Shown here one piece after another: positions 26,595-40,224 of a stretch of DNA of 64,000 nt. The DNA lies in NCBI GenBank assembly GCA_013239625.1, contig MU054187.1, positions 10,189,231 through 10,253,230 on the forward strand. The letters are read 5' to 3'. The position numbers and the translations under genes are program-made. Source of the DNA: Lama guanicoe. Its lineage: Eukaryota. The notes under the pieces were generated by a model. That model saw only the letters and a list, made by a program, of their open reading frames with translations, searched no databases and was not told where the DNA came from. The first letter of the stretch is position 1. Each line of letters starts with the position of its first letter.

Positions 26595-26815
26595 CTTGAA
26601 TTTACTGAGCACCTGCAGGTGTTAGGCTCTGTGCTGTGTGTTCTACATACCTGATCTTGCTTAACCGTAATGAGGTAGATTTTATTGCTAGCTCCATTTT
26701 ACAAATGGGGAGCCTAAGCCTCAAAAGGGTTAAGAACTTGCCAATATCACTCTCCTAGTGAGTCCAGAGCCAGAATTGGAACTTGGACTGTGAACCCAAA
26801 TTCCAGGCTCTAGAC
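26595..26815 (-). mobile_element. MIR SINE
   Basis: tttactgagcacc...tgaggtagattttattgctagctccattttacaaatggggagcctaagcctcaaaagggttaagaacttgcc. Confidence 0.85.
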
Positions 26816-28749
26816 TCAAGTCCAGTGTGACATTATGAAAAATGGAGCATGACAAGTCCCCCCAACTCCCTCGTTATCTGCTGCTTCTATCTGTTCCTAT
26901 CCCTCTGGTCGTTGAAAGACTTTTCTCGTGTCATCACCCAGCACACCTGACCCAAATACTCAGAGAAAAGGGGAAGGAAAGATGTTGCAACCCTCAAGAG
27001 GAAATGGAAGAAATACCCAGAGTGGGAAAAAGCTGATTTCACTGCCTACCAGTCCAATCAAGGAAGCCATGAGAAGACAAACTCAGATAATCAAAGTGAA
27101 TGCATTTAGAAATTGAAGGCTGAGGGATTCCAAGGTCATGGAAATGTGTGGAACCAGCTCCAGCTAGAGTCCTTGGTGTTCTTGATGAGATAGGCTTGCT
27201 CCCTAGTGCTCACCCATCTCCTCCAACTGGAGTGCCATGAAGTAACAAGACACTCAGATCATCTAGAATACTTAAAGATGTCAAAGAACCTCTGAGTGAT
27301 TTTCCTGGTCCTGGCAGGTAGCTAAAACATTTTGCTTTCATATTTCATCTTCCTTGGTGGTTTAAGTGCTATTAAAAGCACATGTAATGGCATCTTTAAA
27401 GGACTTTCAAAGTTGACCTATATAAGCCACTTAATAAAAAAAAATTATCCTGAATTACTTGAAAAAATGCTTTTTGGTCCATGAAGGAGGTAGATTACTT
27501 AGGGTCATGTTGGGTGTAGGACATTCTTTTTGATTTACTCATTTGTTATTTACCGAGTACCCACTGTGGACAAAGCACTTAATCAGGAATTTATCATCAG
27601 CTCACTGGTCTATTTCAATTTTTGACATTAAAACTAGAAACATATTAAATATCAAGATAAGATGGTCTGGGACAAAGTTGGCGGACTTGCTTGGTAGTTG
27701 CTTGCAGTGGCTCAAAATGCCAGTGGAGGTTAGATTGTCAGTCTGAACATGATCTGTCTCAGTGCTTTCTTTCTTCCCTCAAGGAAAGGAGTTACAGATG
27801 AAAGCAGGTTTGCCTGGACTAAAGCCTATTGCCAGGGTGGGTGTTAAGAACCAAATGAACTTCTATGTCAATGCTGAATCTTCCTGTATTGTGAGAGAAT
27901 CTGGGATGGTCAAGAAAAATGCAAGTTTGATGAGGGCTGAGATGGTTGTATACTGTCAGGAATTTCTAGTTCCTGCAGGCAATCTTCAGAGAGATGTTTC
28001 CCTTACCAGTACCATCTATCCATTTCTCTTGGCTACTTTTCTCTATTTCAGGAAATTAAGGGGTGGGGGGAAAAAGTGAATAGATGTGCCAAAGCCAGAA
28101 ATCTACAGAAGAAATCTCCTTCTGAATTTCCAGTTTAAAAAGATATATAATCACACAGAAAAAAGTTTTCAAAGGTATAATAACCTTTTTGGAATGTTTA
28201 CAAAATTGAGCTGTAGAATATTGCATTATTTCCAAAGTGGACAGATCTTCTAAATTATAAACAAATGCAGATAGCTTGTTTCCACTCAAGGTAAGACCAG
28301 TTCCTCATATTCATCACCAGAAAGTTCTGAAGTTCAGATGCTGATGCAGTTCTTGGTAGAACCACCACTGTACCCCTTAGAAAACTAATAGTTTCCTAGG
28401 ATTTTCAGTATGAAAAACTCTGCTTCTTAACTGATTAGATTCTTTATCATTATCAATTGATAAATGATTGAATGTATTACTAATCACATAATGAAATGCC
28501 CAGAGAATTGTCTAATTCTACTGGATAATTGCATCTACAGAAGATTTATCTTAATATTTTCTAGTCAAGTTTGCTAGTATTTTCACCAAAGTAAGAAAAT
28601 GTTGAAGTTCTTCATTTTGAGGTTGTGGAATCCCTCTAGTTGGGTGGGTAGCTTCTTTGATGAGTAAACTCGCAGGGCTTCTCAGTCTCATTTTATAGTT
28701 TCCAAGTGCCCTAGTCTTGGAATGCCTAGTATTTATCCATTCATTTAGG

Positions 28750-28950
28750 CTAGTGATTCTCAAGATAGGCTGCTTTAGAATCACCCATGAGCTTTACAAA
28801 ATGTGCCACACTGAGCCCGACTTAGACAAAAATCTCTGCACAGGTAGCAGGCGGTGCTAAAAGCTCACCAGGTGATTTTAATATATTGTCAGGATCAAAT
28901 TTAGGCTAACCATCCAGAAACCAGTAATTTAGGCTAATCAATCTAGAAAC
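28750..28950. mobile_element. hAT-Charlie MER5-like MITE
   Basis: ctagtgattctcaag...ttagaatcaccc...aaagctcaccaggtgattttaat...agaaaccac. Confidence 0.65.
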
Positions 28951-29039
28951 CACTCTCCGTCCTCTCAGTGTCCGTATTAAATAAAAATGGAAGACAGTAT
29001 GAGACTATGGCTGGTCCCTGCTTCCTCCTTCCTCTCCTG

Positions 29040-29400
29040 AGTGTGCTGGACGTGGTCACCTGCCTCTCAGCATTCATCCCTCCTCCCTCTCTGGGCTTCC
29101 TGTGCTGAAAGGGCTGGGAAGCTGAAAAGGACTCTTCCTCAGCTCTCTTGCAGCTGTGGTTCTGGGTACAAATTCATGAACTCTGGCCAGGTAGGAAGTC
29201 AGGAGCCAGGCAGAGGCCACCTCCTGCTGCAGTGCTGTGGCCCGGGCCATGTCGGGGCCGCAGAGACGGGACTGTTCAGAGGCGGTCGGGGGACAGGACT
29301 CAGAGCTCCAGGGGCCGGTCACCAGCGTCGTGGCATGAGAGGCAGTTATGATCATGACAGGAGTGGCGGCAACAGCTCCCTGACCTCTAGACAGTCTGCT
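29040..29400. mobile_element. ERVL LTR33-like fragment
   Basis: ggcttcctgtgctgaaagggctgggaagctgaaaagg...ctcttgcagctgtggttctggg resembles LTR33. Confidence 0.5.
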
Positions 29401-29427
29401 TCACTTAAATCATTGTGTTTTGGGGTC

Positions 29428-29975
29428 TGTTATGGGTTGAATTGCATTCCCCACCCTTAAATCCACATTTAAGGTCCGAACCCAAATCTGAAGGTAACTC
29501 TAGTACCTCAGAGTGTGACCTTGTTTGGAAATAGGGTTGTTGTACATGTGATTAGTTATGCTGAGGTGACTGCAGTGGGCCCTAATCTGCCTGGGGTCCT
29601 TATAAAAAAAAAAAAGGAGTGGGGGAATTAGTTCAGTTTGGGAAGATGCTAAAGTTCTGGAAACGGATGGTGCTGAATGTGCTTAATGACACTGAATTGT
29701 ATGGTTAAAATGGTCAATTTTATGTATATTTTACCATAATTTAAAAAAAGGTTGGGGGACAATTAGGACCCAAAGACATACATGTAGAGGGAAGCTGATA
29801 GGAAGAGATAAAGGGAGGAGACGGCCACGTACAAAGCCAGGACAGAGGCCTGGGGCCAGTCCCTCCCTCACAGCTCTCAGGAGAAACCAGCCCTGCCTCT
29901 GACTTCCAGCCTCCAGAATCATGAGACAGTACATTCCTGTTTTTCAAGCCAGCCAGTCTGGGGTCCTGTTACAAC
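29428..29975 (+). mobile_element. MaLR LTR (MLT1B-like) with a nested L1MB 3' fragment (~29626-29748)
   Basis: tgttatgggttgaattgc...gtacctcagagtgtgaccttgtttggaaataggg...gacttccagcctccagaatcatgagac. The L1 insert is flanked by imperfect repeats aaaaaaaggagtgggggaa / aaaaaaaggttgggggac. Confidence 0.85.
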
Positions 29976-31254
29976 ACAGGGCCTCTGTTCAGTAGCTTAG
30001 ACTGTACCTTGACACCCGCCTGGAAATTAAAATAATCGTGATGTGGCAGGTCTGGCCCCATTTGTCTTGTCAAGTTAGTTGACGGGAAACGAGCAGATTG
30101 ATAGAAGCCCAGGAAGTGGAGCCCCCCCATGGCTTTTGTAACTCTCGTTGTTTCTTAGTTCTTTATGGCTGACTATTCTTTCTACTCCAATTGTATGCAG
30201 TCTTAAAAGTGACCAGATCTGTTAAGAACTTTCCAAGTGATGTCATCAGTTAGTACGAAACCACCTCCCAAAGTTTTCAGGGTGGAGAGGAGGCTCAGCA
30301 TTTGAAATTCCATAACCAGTTTTTGCAGGTATTTAATTTACAAAATGATTGAATTATTTTTTATAGCAAAATGAGTCACCTCATCTGTCATGTCGTTAAG
30401 AGGGGTTGATCATGTAGGGGCCAGACCCATGGGGTCACATTATCTCTGCTAGAAAGATGACTATAGCTTCACAGTATATACAGTTGTGCAGAGTAAATGA
30501 TAATCTTTTGAAAATACCCCAGGATACAGTCATAAAAGTCAATTAAAATGATCTCTACCTACTGCCCCATGGAATTTAATTGACTCTTATGTGTTACTAT
30601 CTTGGGATCAACAAAATGAATAATCCTTAATGATTGCTCTCCATGAGGAGACAACTGGTTCAAAACACTCATTTCTTAGATTCTCTTCTCTGTGACATGA
30701 AGTGTGATATTTCATTCTGTATCAGGTCCACATGACCCACATTGAATGGCAGAAACAGAGACCTGTTAAAATAACTGGTATATTCTTTTCTTCCAAATAA
30801 TAATTAACGAAGCATGTGAGTTGTTACTGAGCCCCTATAGATATAAACTCTTTCCTGCCAGGTGTTCAGAGAATCAAAGCTACAGCGGAGCCTAAAAGTG
30901 TTCAATACGAACAATAGTTTTATGCACAGCTGTGACTCTACCCTGTTCTAGAAGCACAGATAAAATATCTGTTTTCAGAAAGCCTATCTGTACTTTAATA
31001 ACTGGCAGGGAGGTATTTGTGTGGACCAGGGAGGATGTCACTGCCCCTCTGCACCCCTCAGCCCATCTTGCACAGAGATTAGGGCTCTCACCTTAGTCTC
31101 ACAGACCCACGAACCCTTCCCAGGCCCTGCCGGTCATCATCAGGGGTCTTTGTGCCAGTTTTGGCAGTACAACCACTTGCTAAAAAGTTGGAGTCACTGA
31201 GGTTAGTCATTTACAATTATGCTTCTCCACCCTGAAATCCTAGGGTTCCAAACC

Positions 31255-33590
31255 AAAAGTAAGTCACTCCTTCCTGTCTCATTAATTCACTATGCTGCAT
31301 TTCTCCCCCGAGATTCTGCACTGACTCTCCATCTCTTGACCATTTCCTTTCCCCTTGTGCCTGCTGGAATCCCTCTTTCATTGTAAATAAAATTCCTACC
31401 TCCTCTAGTCTCTTCAGAGAACTCTCTTCTCATAGTCTTGCCCCAACAGAAATTGGACTTTCTCAAGGACACAAGTTCTTTTGTATCTTTCTCTTTTCCC
31501 AGTTCTCCTACTATGGGGCCAGAAGGGAAGGAGGTCTGCATTCTCCAGGACCCCCACTTGTGCTTCCTCATTAATCTTCTAAATTCCAGGAAGAGTTCAT
31601 CCACCCTTCAGCATCATGTCATTCCTGCTGTTTACTTCTAACTCCTGGCTACTCCCTGAATTTCCTGTCCTAGGAGCACGTTCTCTCCCTCCACCTCAAA
31701 TCCTGCCATCAGCCAAGGAGATTCAAGACTGCTGTGGTGATTTTCTGGTGATGACGCCCACTCATTCTTGACCGCATCAGCCTCAATGATCTCCACTCCA
31801 CTTCAGCCATCTCCTTCATTGCTACGCCTATCTTGTCACCAGTCATAAATGTCCTACCTTGGAACTCTTAGCATCCAATAGCCTACACTTTGTCAAAACT
31901 TCTTTCCTTCCAGTTTGTTGCCCTTAGTCACACCATACCTGTTTTCAAAATAAAGATCTCAGTATCTCCCTTGATTCTTCTGTTCTGTCCCATCATTCTT
32001 CCTAGACTCTCCTCCCTTCCTATCCAGATTAGACCCCATGGATGGAAAGTTGAGCTCATATCTCACTAGGAACCTAAACTTCCTTGCCACCCTGATCTTT
32101 TGTCATCCTGCCCAACAACCTCAGCTCCGCATCAGTGCTACGATCTCTCTTCTCTGCCACAGCCACTTTTATTGGTTCTTACCCCAGTTTTTCCCATGGC
32201 AATGCTCTTCAACTCCTATTTCTTCACTTTGAGTAGATCATTTTGCTTCTCACTTCATCCAGAAAATTTGGCTGTCAGTTACAATCTCTTTAAACTTGTT
32301 GACTCTCTTATCCACCATCTTACCTAGACCCGCATTTACCTCTTTGGTTATATGGATAAAGAATCCTTCCTAATGTTCAAACCCACTCCTCCACTGGTGC
32401 ATGCTTTCCTGCATCATCAATGTCTCCTTCCCTGCTGGTCCTTCCTCTCAGGTGACATGCTGAAATTGCCCCCGAACCAAACATATTCCAAATCTCAAGC
32501 AGTCACTGATGCAGCATCACTCCTCGCTTTCTGCCTCTCCTCTGACTGTAACTTCTAAGAGTAGTCTGCTTTGCTGGTCTGTGTTCTCATCTCCTGCTCA
32601 CTTCTGTCTTCTGCTCCTAACAATCCAACCCCGCCATTAGAGTTACCAGTGCAATCTCCATCACCAAATCCAAAGGAAACTGGTCAATCCTTTGCTTGCA
32701 GGATATCACTGCAGCGCTTGGCACCATTAACAGCCCTTCTCTCAAAGGTTTTCTGTTTCTTCTTTGACTCCTGTGACTCTCCCCATCTCCCACTTGTTCC
32801 ATTCTTACTACTTAACTATTCCTTAAAAAAAAAACCCACAAAACAGCCAAATCTGTCTACTTGGTCACCAAAAATGGAAGACTTGAAGTCATCCTTGACT
32901 TCTTCCTCTGCCCCTCTATGTCCAAACAAGTGCAGAGTCCAGGTGGTTTTGCCTCTGAAGTATATTTTTGAATTCTCTTGATCCCCCTACTCTGGTCCTG
33001 ACTTGAGGCCTCATTGTCTCTTATCTGGGTTACTACTGCAGTCTCCTGTTGCCCCTCCAGCCCAGTTACGTGGGACCCCCTTGCTTACATCCTCCAGTTG
33101 TGCAGCCTCACCCCCAAGATGACATCTGAGCAGCAGGCTTCCCACAATCTGACCTCCTCGGTCTCTCCAGTGCCTTTTCTTTCTACTCTCTGAGTTGCAT
33201 TTTGTACGCCACAGCACTGCACTACACCAGCTCCCTGCACACATACTGCTTCTTACCTTTGCTTGCACTGTCCCCTCCTCCAAGGTCCCAGCTCTCATCC
33301 TTTGCCTAAGTGACGCAGCTCCTGCCGAGTCTAGCTTTTTTCTGCCCCTGCCCACTCCATTCACTTCTAGCATTGATAAGCTACTCCATTCCTCACACAG
33401 TAAAATCCTTCTGTGTTTACACTGAGTGCTTAGCGGTGATGGTGAAATGACATGGAAGTGTGGTTGCTCCCCCTTCTCCTCATTACACTAACAATAAGCC
33501 TGTGAAAGGCAAATATAACTGTTATATTCATGTTGGTTTCTCCAATGTGAAAATAGTACACTGTTGTTGGCATTCAAGAAATAACCCAAA
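31255..33590 (+). mobile_element. Long L2 LINE remnant (~2.3 kb)
   Basis: C/T-rich body with L2 motifs (ggagattcaagac, atcaccaaatccaaagg, gtcatccttgacttcttcc) and an L2-type 3' end near 33490-33590. Confidence 0.8.
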
Positions 33591-33651
33591 TACAGTTACC
33601 GTTCAGTTCCATTTACGACAAATGAATTAAGCAATGAAAAGGAATGCTTAC

Positions 33652-33776
33652 TTGTATTGGATGTTGGTTTTCTGTAGGAAGGCTAGCAAGGCTTGGGAAC
33701 CATTGTGGGGAATACGGACATCAGTGACTGATCCCTCAGATACGTAGAAGATACTGCCGGGCTGCCACAGGTCCAC
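33652..33776 (-). CDS. CPA6: CPA6 exon 3 (prodomain): [41 protein letters not shown](K)
   Basis: Acceptor ctacag|GTG and donor CAA|gtaagc; 125 nt. Close match to human [42 protein letters not shown]. Overlaps ORF 33648-33833. Confidence 0.97.
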
Positions 33777-34159
33777 CTGTAGTGCAGGAACCAGCCTATA
33801 ATTCATATTCAGTGTAGGTGGGGAAAGATCCATGTCACAATGTCAAACGCGTTGTCTTGTTTGCACACAGCAATACCAAACACATTTTAGAGTTAGACTC
33901 AGTGCTTTCATCATCGGGGCAAAACTCTTTCTTGATTTTGAATTTAGTGTCCAAGTTATATCACATCTATATAGAATCTGATGATAATTTACAATAAAGA
34001 CCAATAAAGTCACAAGATAAAAATGAGATAAAATAGTTTTGTGTGACTTTGATATTGTTTCAAATTATTTATTGCACAAACTATTTGAATAAGAAGAAGA
34101 AAGAGAAAGATCTAAATGACCCTTCCTCCTACTGCACAAGCAAACTGTGGTAGCTTGAC

Positions 34160-34480
34160 AACGTTTAGTAACTTTAAATGGAACACCTCCAGGGGCCTCC
34201 TCCCCCCACGACACATGTCATATTGACCAGTTCCTACCTGGCCTTCACATGCCAATAGAAACATGCCTTTCTCAGGGGGACTTGTCAGCTAGGGTAGGTC
34301 TCCCTGTTGTAGTTGTCAGAGCACCTTGTGCTTCTTGCATCATGTAACTTCCTCTTACCAGAATGTAAGCTCCATGAGGACAAAGGATTTATCCATTTGG
34401 TTCCCACCTCATTCCAAGTGCCTAGAATGATGCCTTGAGCATATTAGCAACTCAGTCATTACTTGCTGCGTGAATTTAGA
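34160..34480 (+). mobile_element. L2 3' end
   Basis: ccagaatgtaagctccatgaggacaaagg...gtgcctagaatgatgcc...ctcagtcattacttgctgcgtgaat. Confidence 0.75.
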
Positions 34481-35014
34481 CCCCACTGAGTAGTTCACTA
34501 CGTGTTCACCGTGTGTTCAGAGTTTTGCAGGAAAGCAGGAGTTGTATCGTCTTGGCCTACGGTAGTGTCCCCAGTGCCTTGTCCAGTGCTCCACGCCTGG
34601 TAGGAGCTCTGCATTCATTGAAAGAATGACCGAAGCCAACTGGGATGGAGGAGAGCCCCATCTTCTGTACAAGCCCCAGGCTCCATTTTCAGTTAGGCAG
34701 AGTTTGTCTTTACAGTCATGTAAAGACATTTACATGCATTTCCAGTCTTGGGCTCTTGCAGAATCTTGATCTCTGCTAAGACGTTATCTGATAAGGTTCA
34801 GTTACTTCATCTTAGGTGTTAGTGCCTGCATTCTGTTACAGAACTCTGGAAGACCAAAAATACTTCGTGGCTCAAGGGAATACACCTCTAGTGGTTCAGT
34901 TTCATCTGGAATATTATTTTGGGGACAAAGAGTTTACCTGTTTTCTTTCAAGCAGCTGACTCCTCCACTAACTTGCAAGGGCAACTCTGACTCAGCCAAC
35001 GTGCTAGTCCAACA

Positions 35015-35290
35015 AGCACAGAACAACAGAAGTGTGGGGCTGGGAGGGTGCTGAGAGGGCACCTGATCCATCTGTCAGCCCCTGGGCAAGGACACATCTA
35101 GGACTGAACCAAACTGTCCCCAATAGATGCATCTAAACCACATCTTTGAAGTTTCCCAAAGAGGAGAGTCGACGATGTCCCAATTTAACTCACATCCACG
35201 TTGAACAAGATCATTAGACATTTTCTTAATCCCTTACATGGCAGCACAGTTTTATTTTTTCTTGTGCCGTTCTTCAGCGAAGAATGGCTG
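35015..35290 (-). mobile_element. L3/CR1 ancient LINE fragment
   Basis: cacagaacaacagaagtgtggggctgggagggtgctgagagggcacctgatcc...gggcaagg...tgtccccaatagatg matches the CR1 3' end in reverse. Confidence 0.55.
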
Positions 35291-36898
35291 CTTTTTTGCC
35301 CTTGTGAGATAAAGCATATTTGTATCTTTCACTTTTCTTTGTATGTTAGATTTTCCTAACCCTTTAATCATCTTTGCCTCTAAACCCATTACAGAGACAG
35401 ATTTTGATATTAAGGCGCATCTCCTAATAATGCCTGTGGAGATGAGGAAATAGAGCTGTATTTAGAGGGTAGAGAGCCACAGGAACCTGAAATGTATGAA
35501 TAACCACTCTGGAGAGGACTCTGTCAGTGCCGTTTTCTGGGGCATATGCTAAAATAAGAAGCCTCATCCCACAGAAGAGAGTAGCTTCCCCATAGGAAAA
35601 TTACACAGAAGAAGCAAACCCTATGCCCCGACCTGGAGGGGGCTTCCTAGCAAACGTCATCAGAAAGCAGCTGGTCTAAAAGAAACCAACGGAAAAGAAT
35701 GTGCAAAAATCAGAAACTGTATTTTGGCTTGATATTAGGAAAGTAAACTAATATCAATTGTCAGCTTTCTCCAGTAACGTTTTAGGGAAAGGGTGCTTGG
35801 CCAAGTAACATGGACAGTTCCGCCTGGGTGGCAGGCAGACGCCTGTGTTAAGATATAGGGGACAGTAATACTCACGCGAGATTTGTAAAGTGCCACCCAT
35901 TTTGTAGGTATTTTTGATCTTTTCAATAATACTTTGAGATAGGAGTTCATTACAGATACATTTCATGAACAAGAAGATGGATTCATAGAGGCAAAGCCAC
36001 TTTCTCAAGGATGCACAGCTACAAAATGGTGACACAGGATATGCCTAACTTCAGTGCCCATAATTTAAGGTAGTCTACTTAAATATTGTCCACTCATCCC
36101 ACTTCTCTACTTACAAGTCCTTAATTTTGAATTTTTATTATATTCAAGTGTAATCTCAGACGATGCTGCTTCCTTTTCTGGTGACAGTGGCTGCTTCTGC
36201 TACTCGGTTAAAGAAATGCTTTTTTTTTTTTTGAAACAGTATTATTTGTCCTTTGTCTACCTTTTATGACTTGTTAACATTTAAAATATTGGTGAGCTGC
36301 TGGAAGGGCAACTTGGCCAGAGAATATGGTCTTCTATAAACGAAAGGCATTTGGTAAGTTGTTAATATTATGGACCTAACTTTACTCAGTCCCCATTCTC
36401 TCCAAGCCCAGAAGCATTTTGCAAATTACCACTTCCCCAAAGTACAACCCCCCAAAAATTCAACAAGTCTCCAGAAATTTAGGCAGCCAAGTCTCCTGTT
36501 GTTTCACCATTAAAGATGAAAATATATTAACCACTAATTAGGGTTTAAAAATACCATAAAAACTAATGGCAGCCCAATAGTAGAATAAAATTAAGTTAAT
36601 CCAAATGAAGCATTGCTTGTAAATTTGAATATAACAAATTCATACTGCTAGCCTAACTGCTAGTCATCAGAAAAGCATTATTCCTACAGCATCAGGTAAA
36701 GGTGGAAAGGCCTAGTAGAGCTTTGCTTTGGTGCCAAAGTTTTCCCTCTAATCCTCTTTCGGGCTGAATGATGATTGTCATAATTAAGTCTCATTTATCA
36801 GAACAAAACACACATGTTGGAAAAGAAAAAATTCGTAACAATTGCCTGAACTATTAACTGGTATATGCACTGATTTGAAAGAATTGTTGAAGCCCATC

Positions 36899-38925
36899 TG
36901 TCAGACTCTCAGAACATATGAGTAATCAAAAAAAAAATTATAACTCTCCCAGACTTCAGACAACACTACAGAACTACAGTAATCAAGACAGCATGGTATT
37001 GGTACAAAAACAGACATATGGACCAGTGGAACAGAACAGAGAGCCCAGAAATGAACCCACAAACTTTTTTGGTCAACTAATTTTCGACAAAGGAGGCAAG
37101 AATATATAATGGCATAAAGACAGTCTCTTCAGCAAATGGTGTTGGGAAAACTGGACAGCAGCATGTAAATCAGTGAAGCTAGAACACTCCCTTACACCAT
37201 ACACAAAAATCAACTCAGAGTGGATCAAAGACTTAAACATAAGACAAGATACAATAAACCTCCTAGAAGAACACAGGCAAAATCTGACATACATCTCAAA
37301 AATGCTCTCCTAGGGCAGTCTACCCAAGCAATAGAAATAAAAGCAAGAATAAACAAATGGGACCTAATGAAACTTACAAGCTTCTGCACAGCAAAGGAAA
37401 CCATAAGTAAAACAAAAAGACAACCTACAGAATGGGAGAAAATTTTTGCAAATGAAACCGACAAAGGCTTGATCCCCAGAATATATAAGCAGCTCATACA
37501 ACTTGAAAAGAAAAAAACAACCCAATCCAAAAATGGGCAGAAGACCTAAACAAGCAATTCTCCAAGGAAGACATACAAATGATCAATAGGCACATGAAAA
37601 AATGCTCAATATCACTATCAGAGAAATGCAAATCAAAATTACAATGATGTATCTCACATCAGTCAGAATGGCCATTATTCAAAAATCCTCAAATGACAAA
37701 TGCTGGAGAGACTGTGGAGAAAAGGGAACCCTCTTACACTGCTGGTAGGAATGCAGTTTCATGCAGCCACTGTGGAAAACAGTAGGAAGATTCCTCAAAA
37801 GACTAGGAATAGACTTACCATATGACCCAGGAATCCCGCTCCTGGGCATATATCCAGAAGGAACCCTACTTCAAAATAACACCTGCACCCCAATGTTCAT
37901 AGCAGCACTATTTACAATAGCCAAGACATGGAAACAGCCTAAATGTCCATCAACAGATGATTGGATAAAGAGGTGGTATATTTCTACAATGGAATACTAC
38001 TCAGCCATAAAAACTGACAACATAACGCCATTTGCAGCAACATGGATGTTCCTGGAGAATGTCATTCTAAGTGAAGTAAGCCAGAAAGAGAAAGAAAAAT
38101 ACCATATGAGATACTCATATGTGGAAAAAAACCCCCCATAAATACAAAACAGAAACAGACTCATAGACATAGAATACAAACTTGTGGTTTCCTGGGGGAT
38201 GGGGGGTGGGGGGTGGGAAAGGACAGACTGGGATTTCAAAATAGAATAGGTAAACAAGATTGTACTGTGTAGCACGGGGAAATATATACAGGATCTTGTG
38301 GCTCACAGTGAAAGAGAATATGACAATGAATGCATGTATGTTCATGTATAACAGAAAAATTGTGCTCTGCACTGAAATTTGACATAACATTGTAAAATGA
38401 CTGTAACTCAGAAAAAAAAGTTTAAAAAATTGGTTTGTATTGTCTTGTTGCAACAAGGAGTGATCTCAGTAAAAGGGTGTTACAAATTATGGGATTTGGG
38501 CTTGTGTTAGGTGATTTTGTAGAGGGTTTAAACTGGGATTTTTCTCTGGATTGAAAGCTATCAGAAGAAGGGCAATTCTCTCATTGGATATCTTGACTTT
38601 TATCTAGGAGGTGGGAGAAACAAAGTGAGGCTAAAGCTGTAATTGATTAAAAAAAAAAGCCATAGTCACTTAAATCAGCTAAAAAAGGATGTATTTGTTT
38701 TTGTTCTGTTTGGATAGTGTTTTTTTCCCCATCTGTGTTTAGAAATGATCTTAGAGGTCTTTTTATCTTATTTCATGAAGGACACAGGTTGGTCTTGTCT
38801 GATATTGGTGTTCTGTGAAATGGTTCATGTTCAACAGAACACCAATGTTTTCAGGATGAACACTGTTCTACTCAGGCCATGTGATAACTAACAGTATTGC
38901 TGGCTGAGGGGTGGAAATTCTCACA
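36899..38925 (-). mobile_element. Older ERV-type LTR interrupted by the young L1 (pieces 36899-36939 and 38424-38925)
   Basis: Begins TGTCA and ends TCACA. The body (ttgcaacaagg...gatctcagtaaaagggtgtt...gggcttgtgttaggtgatttt) resembles reverse-oriented ERV1 LTRs. No clear TSD. Confidence 0.5.
36940..38423 (+). mobile_element. Young, 5'-truncated lineage-specific L1 (ORF2 C-terminus plus 3' UTR), antisense to CPA6
   Basis: ORF2 peptides [37 protein letters not shown] and [14 protein letters not shown]...CTPMFIAALFTIAKTWKQPKCPS with several frameshifts. G-rich tract at 38194-38217, A-rich tail, TSD aaaaaatt (36932-36939 / 38424-38431). Confidence 0.95.
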
Positions 38926-40224
38926 TGATCAGGCCAGGGTGACTTGGAGGTGATTTGGAGACCAAGAAGGTTAGGATTATGTAATGAAAGATACAGACAT
39001 GTGATGGTCCACCCAGGAGAAACCACATACCACCACCTTTTTCACGTGAAAGAGTCGATACCAGCTTAATTCCTGCCCTCTAAGTGAATATCTGAAGACT
39101 TAGAATACTAAGGAAATGTTCTTAACTCCTACACTCGAGGCTCCAAGAACTTTAGAAAACTCGTTAGATGAGGGAAATAATATTTCACTATATTTTGCTA
39201 GCTTAAAATAATTCTTTACCCAAGAATTGAGTTAGCATTTTTAGCCTGGCTTTGTAGAATGGGTAGAAATAGTCAGAGATCACCTGCATCACCTGGCTAT
39301 CCCTTAATAAGGACCTTTGAAGACAAGAGTCCCTGGGCTGCACCTCATCAAGTAACAGATTTCCTTCCACCCTGCTTTGTTGATTTGTGCTTTTAACATT
39401 GATGAATTCTTCATGATATTTGATTACTACATTCAGAAGTATTCCATTTGAGGTCCTAAACAAGAGTATGATAGTGCATTTAGATTAAATAAATTTTGAT
39501 TGTTTTCATTAATAGTTGATGAAAATCACTTCAGAGTTTGTTATGCATTTCCTTTTTCAGGTGCCGGTGTAAGAATTCTTCTATGTATTAACCACAGAAA
39601 TCAAACAGAACTCATCTTTGGCCTAGTGAAAAAAATTCCCAACTTAAAAGAATCAGGAAGAAGCCATTTCTTTTATTTATCTAAACTTTGATATATCACA
39701 TTTCAGAGCCTTAAGTTTCTTAATTACAAATAAAGAGGTTGAACCTATGTGATTTCCAAGTGTCCCTTAAACACTATAATCTGCCAGGCTCAGTGTGCTT
39801 TTCTGAGTATAAAAGTTTGCATTTCCTTAGGAAAATCTCTGAGTCACTAATAGTTTTTTCATCCTCAGAATCAGAAAAAAGACCCTCTCAACAACTCAGC
39901 CCTCGTATCACCTGTCAGTCATCAGTTATATTGACTTAGGTCTGTCCTGTAAATAACATACAAAATAATATTCAATCTTTAAAAAGTTATTGTCAACCCA
40001 TTTACAACTCATTTGGAAAGCATTTTTTCAAAATCAGCCAAGAAGATGAAGTGGAAACCAGTACCTTATTTTCTTCTACATTAACTGCAAGCTGCTTTAA
40101 AGGCCAGTGAAGAATCCTCCAAGCAGGTCTGGATGTTCACATGGGGTTCTGGAGATTGTTCCATCTCTCACTTGTCGGAGGGAATGGGTTGATTTCCAAA
40201 CATGACAGCTAAGGTTTGGTAAAC

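Noticed and set aside
33777..33833. N-terminal part ([19 protein letters not shown]) of ORF 33648-33833
   Set aside because: Intronic read-through upstream of the exon 3 acceptor; it does not resemble CPA6.
37220..38141. ORFs of 109 and 126 aa as host genes
   Set aside because: Frameshifted fragments of L1 ORF2.
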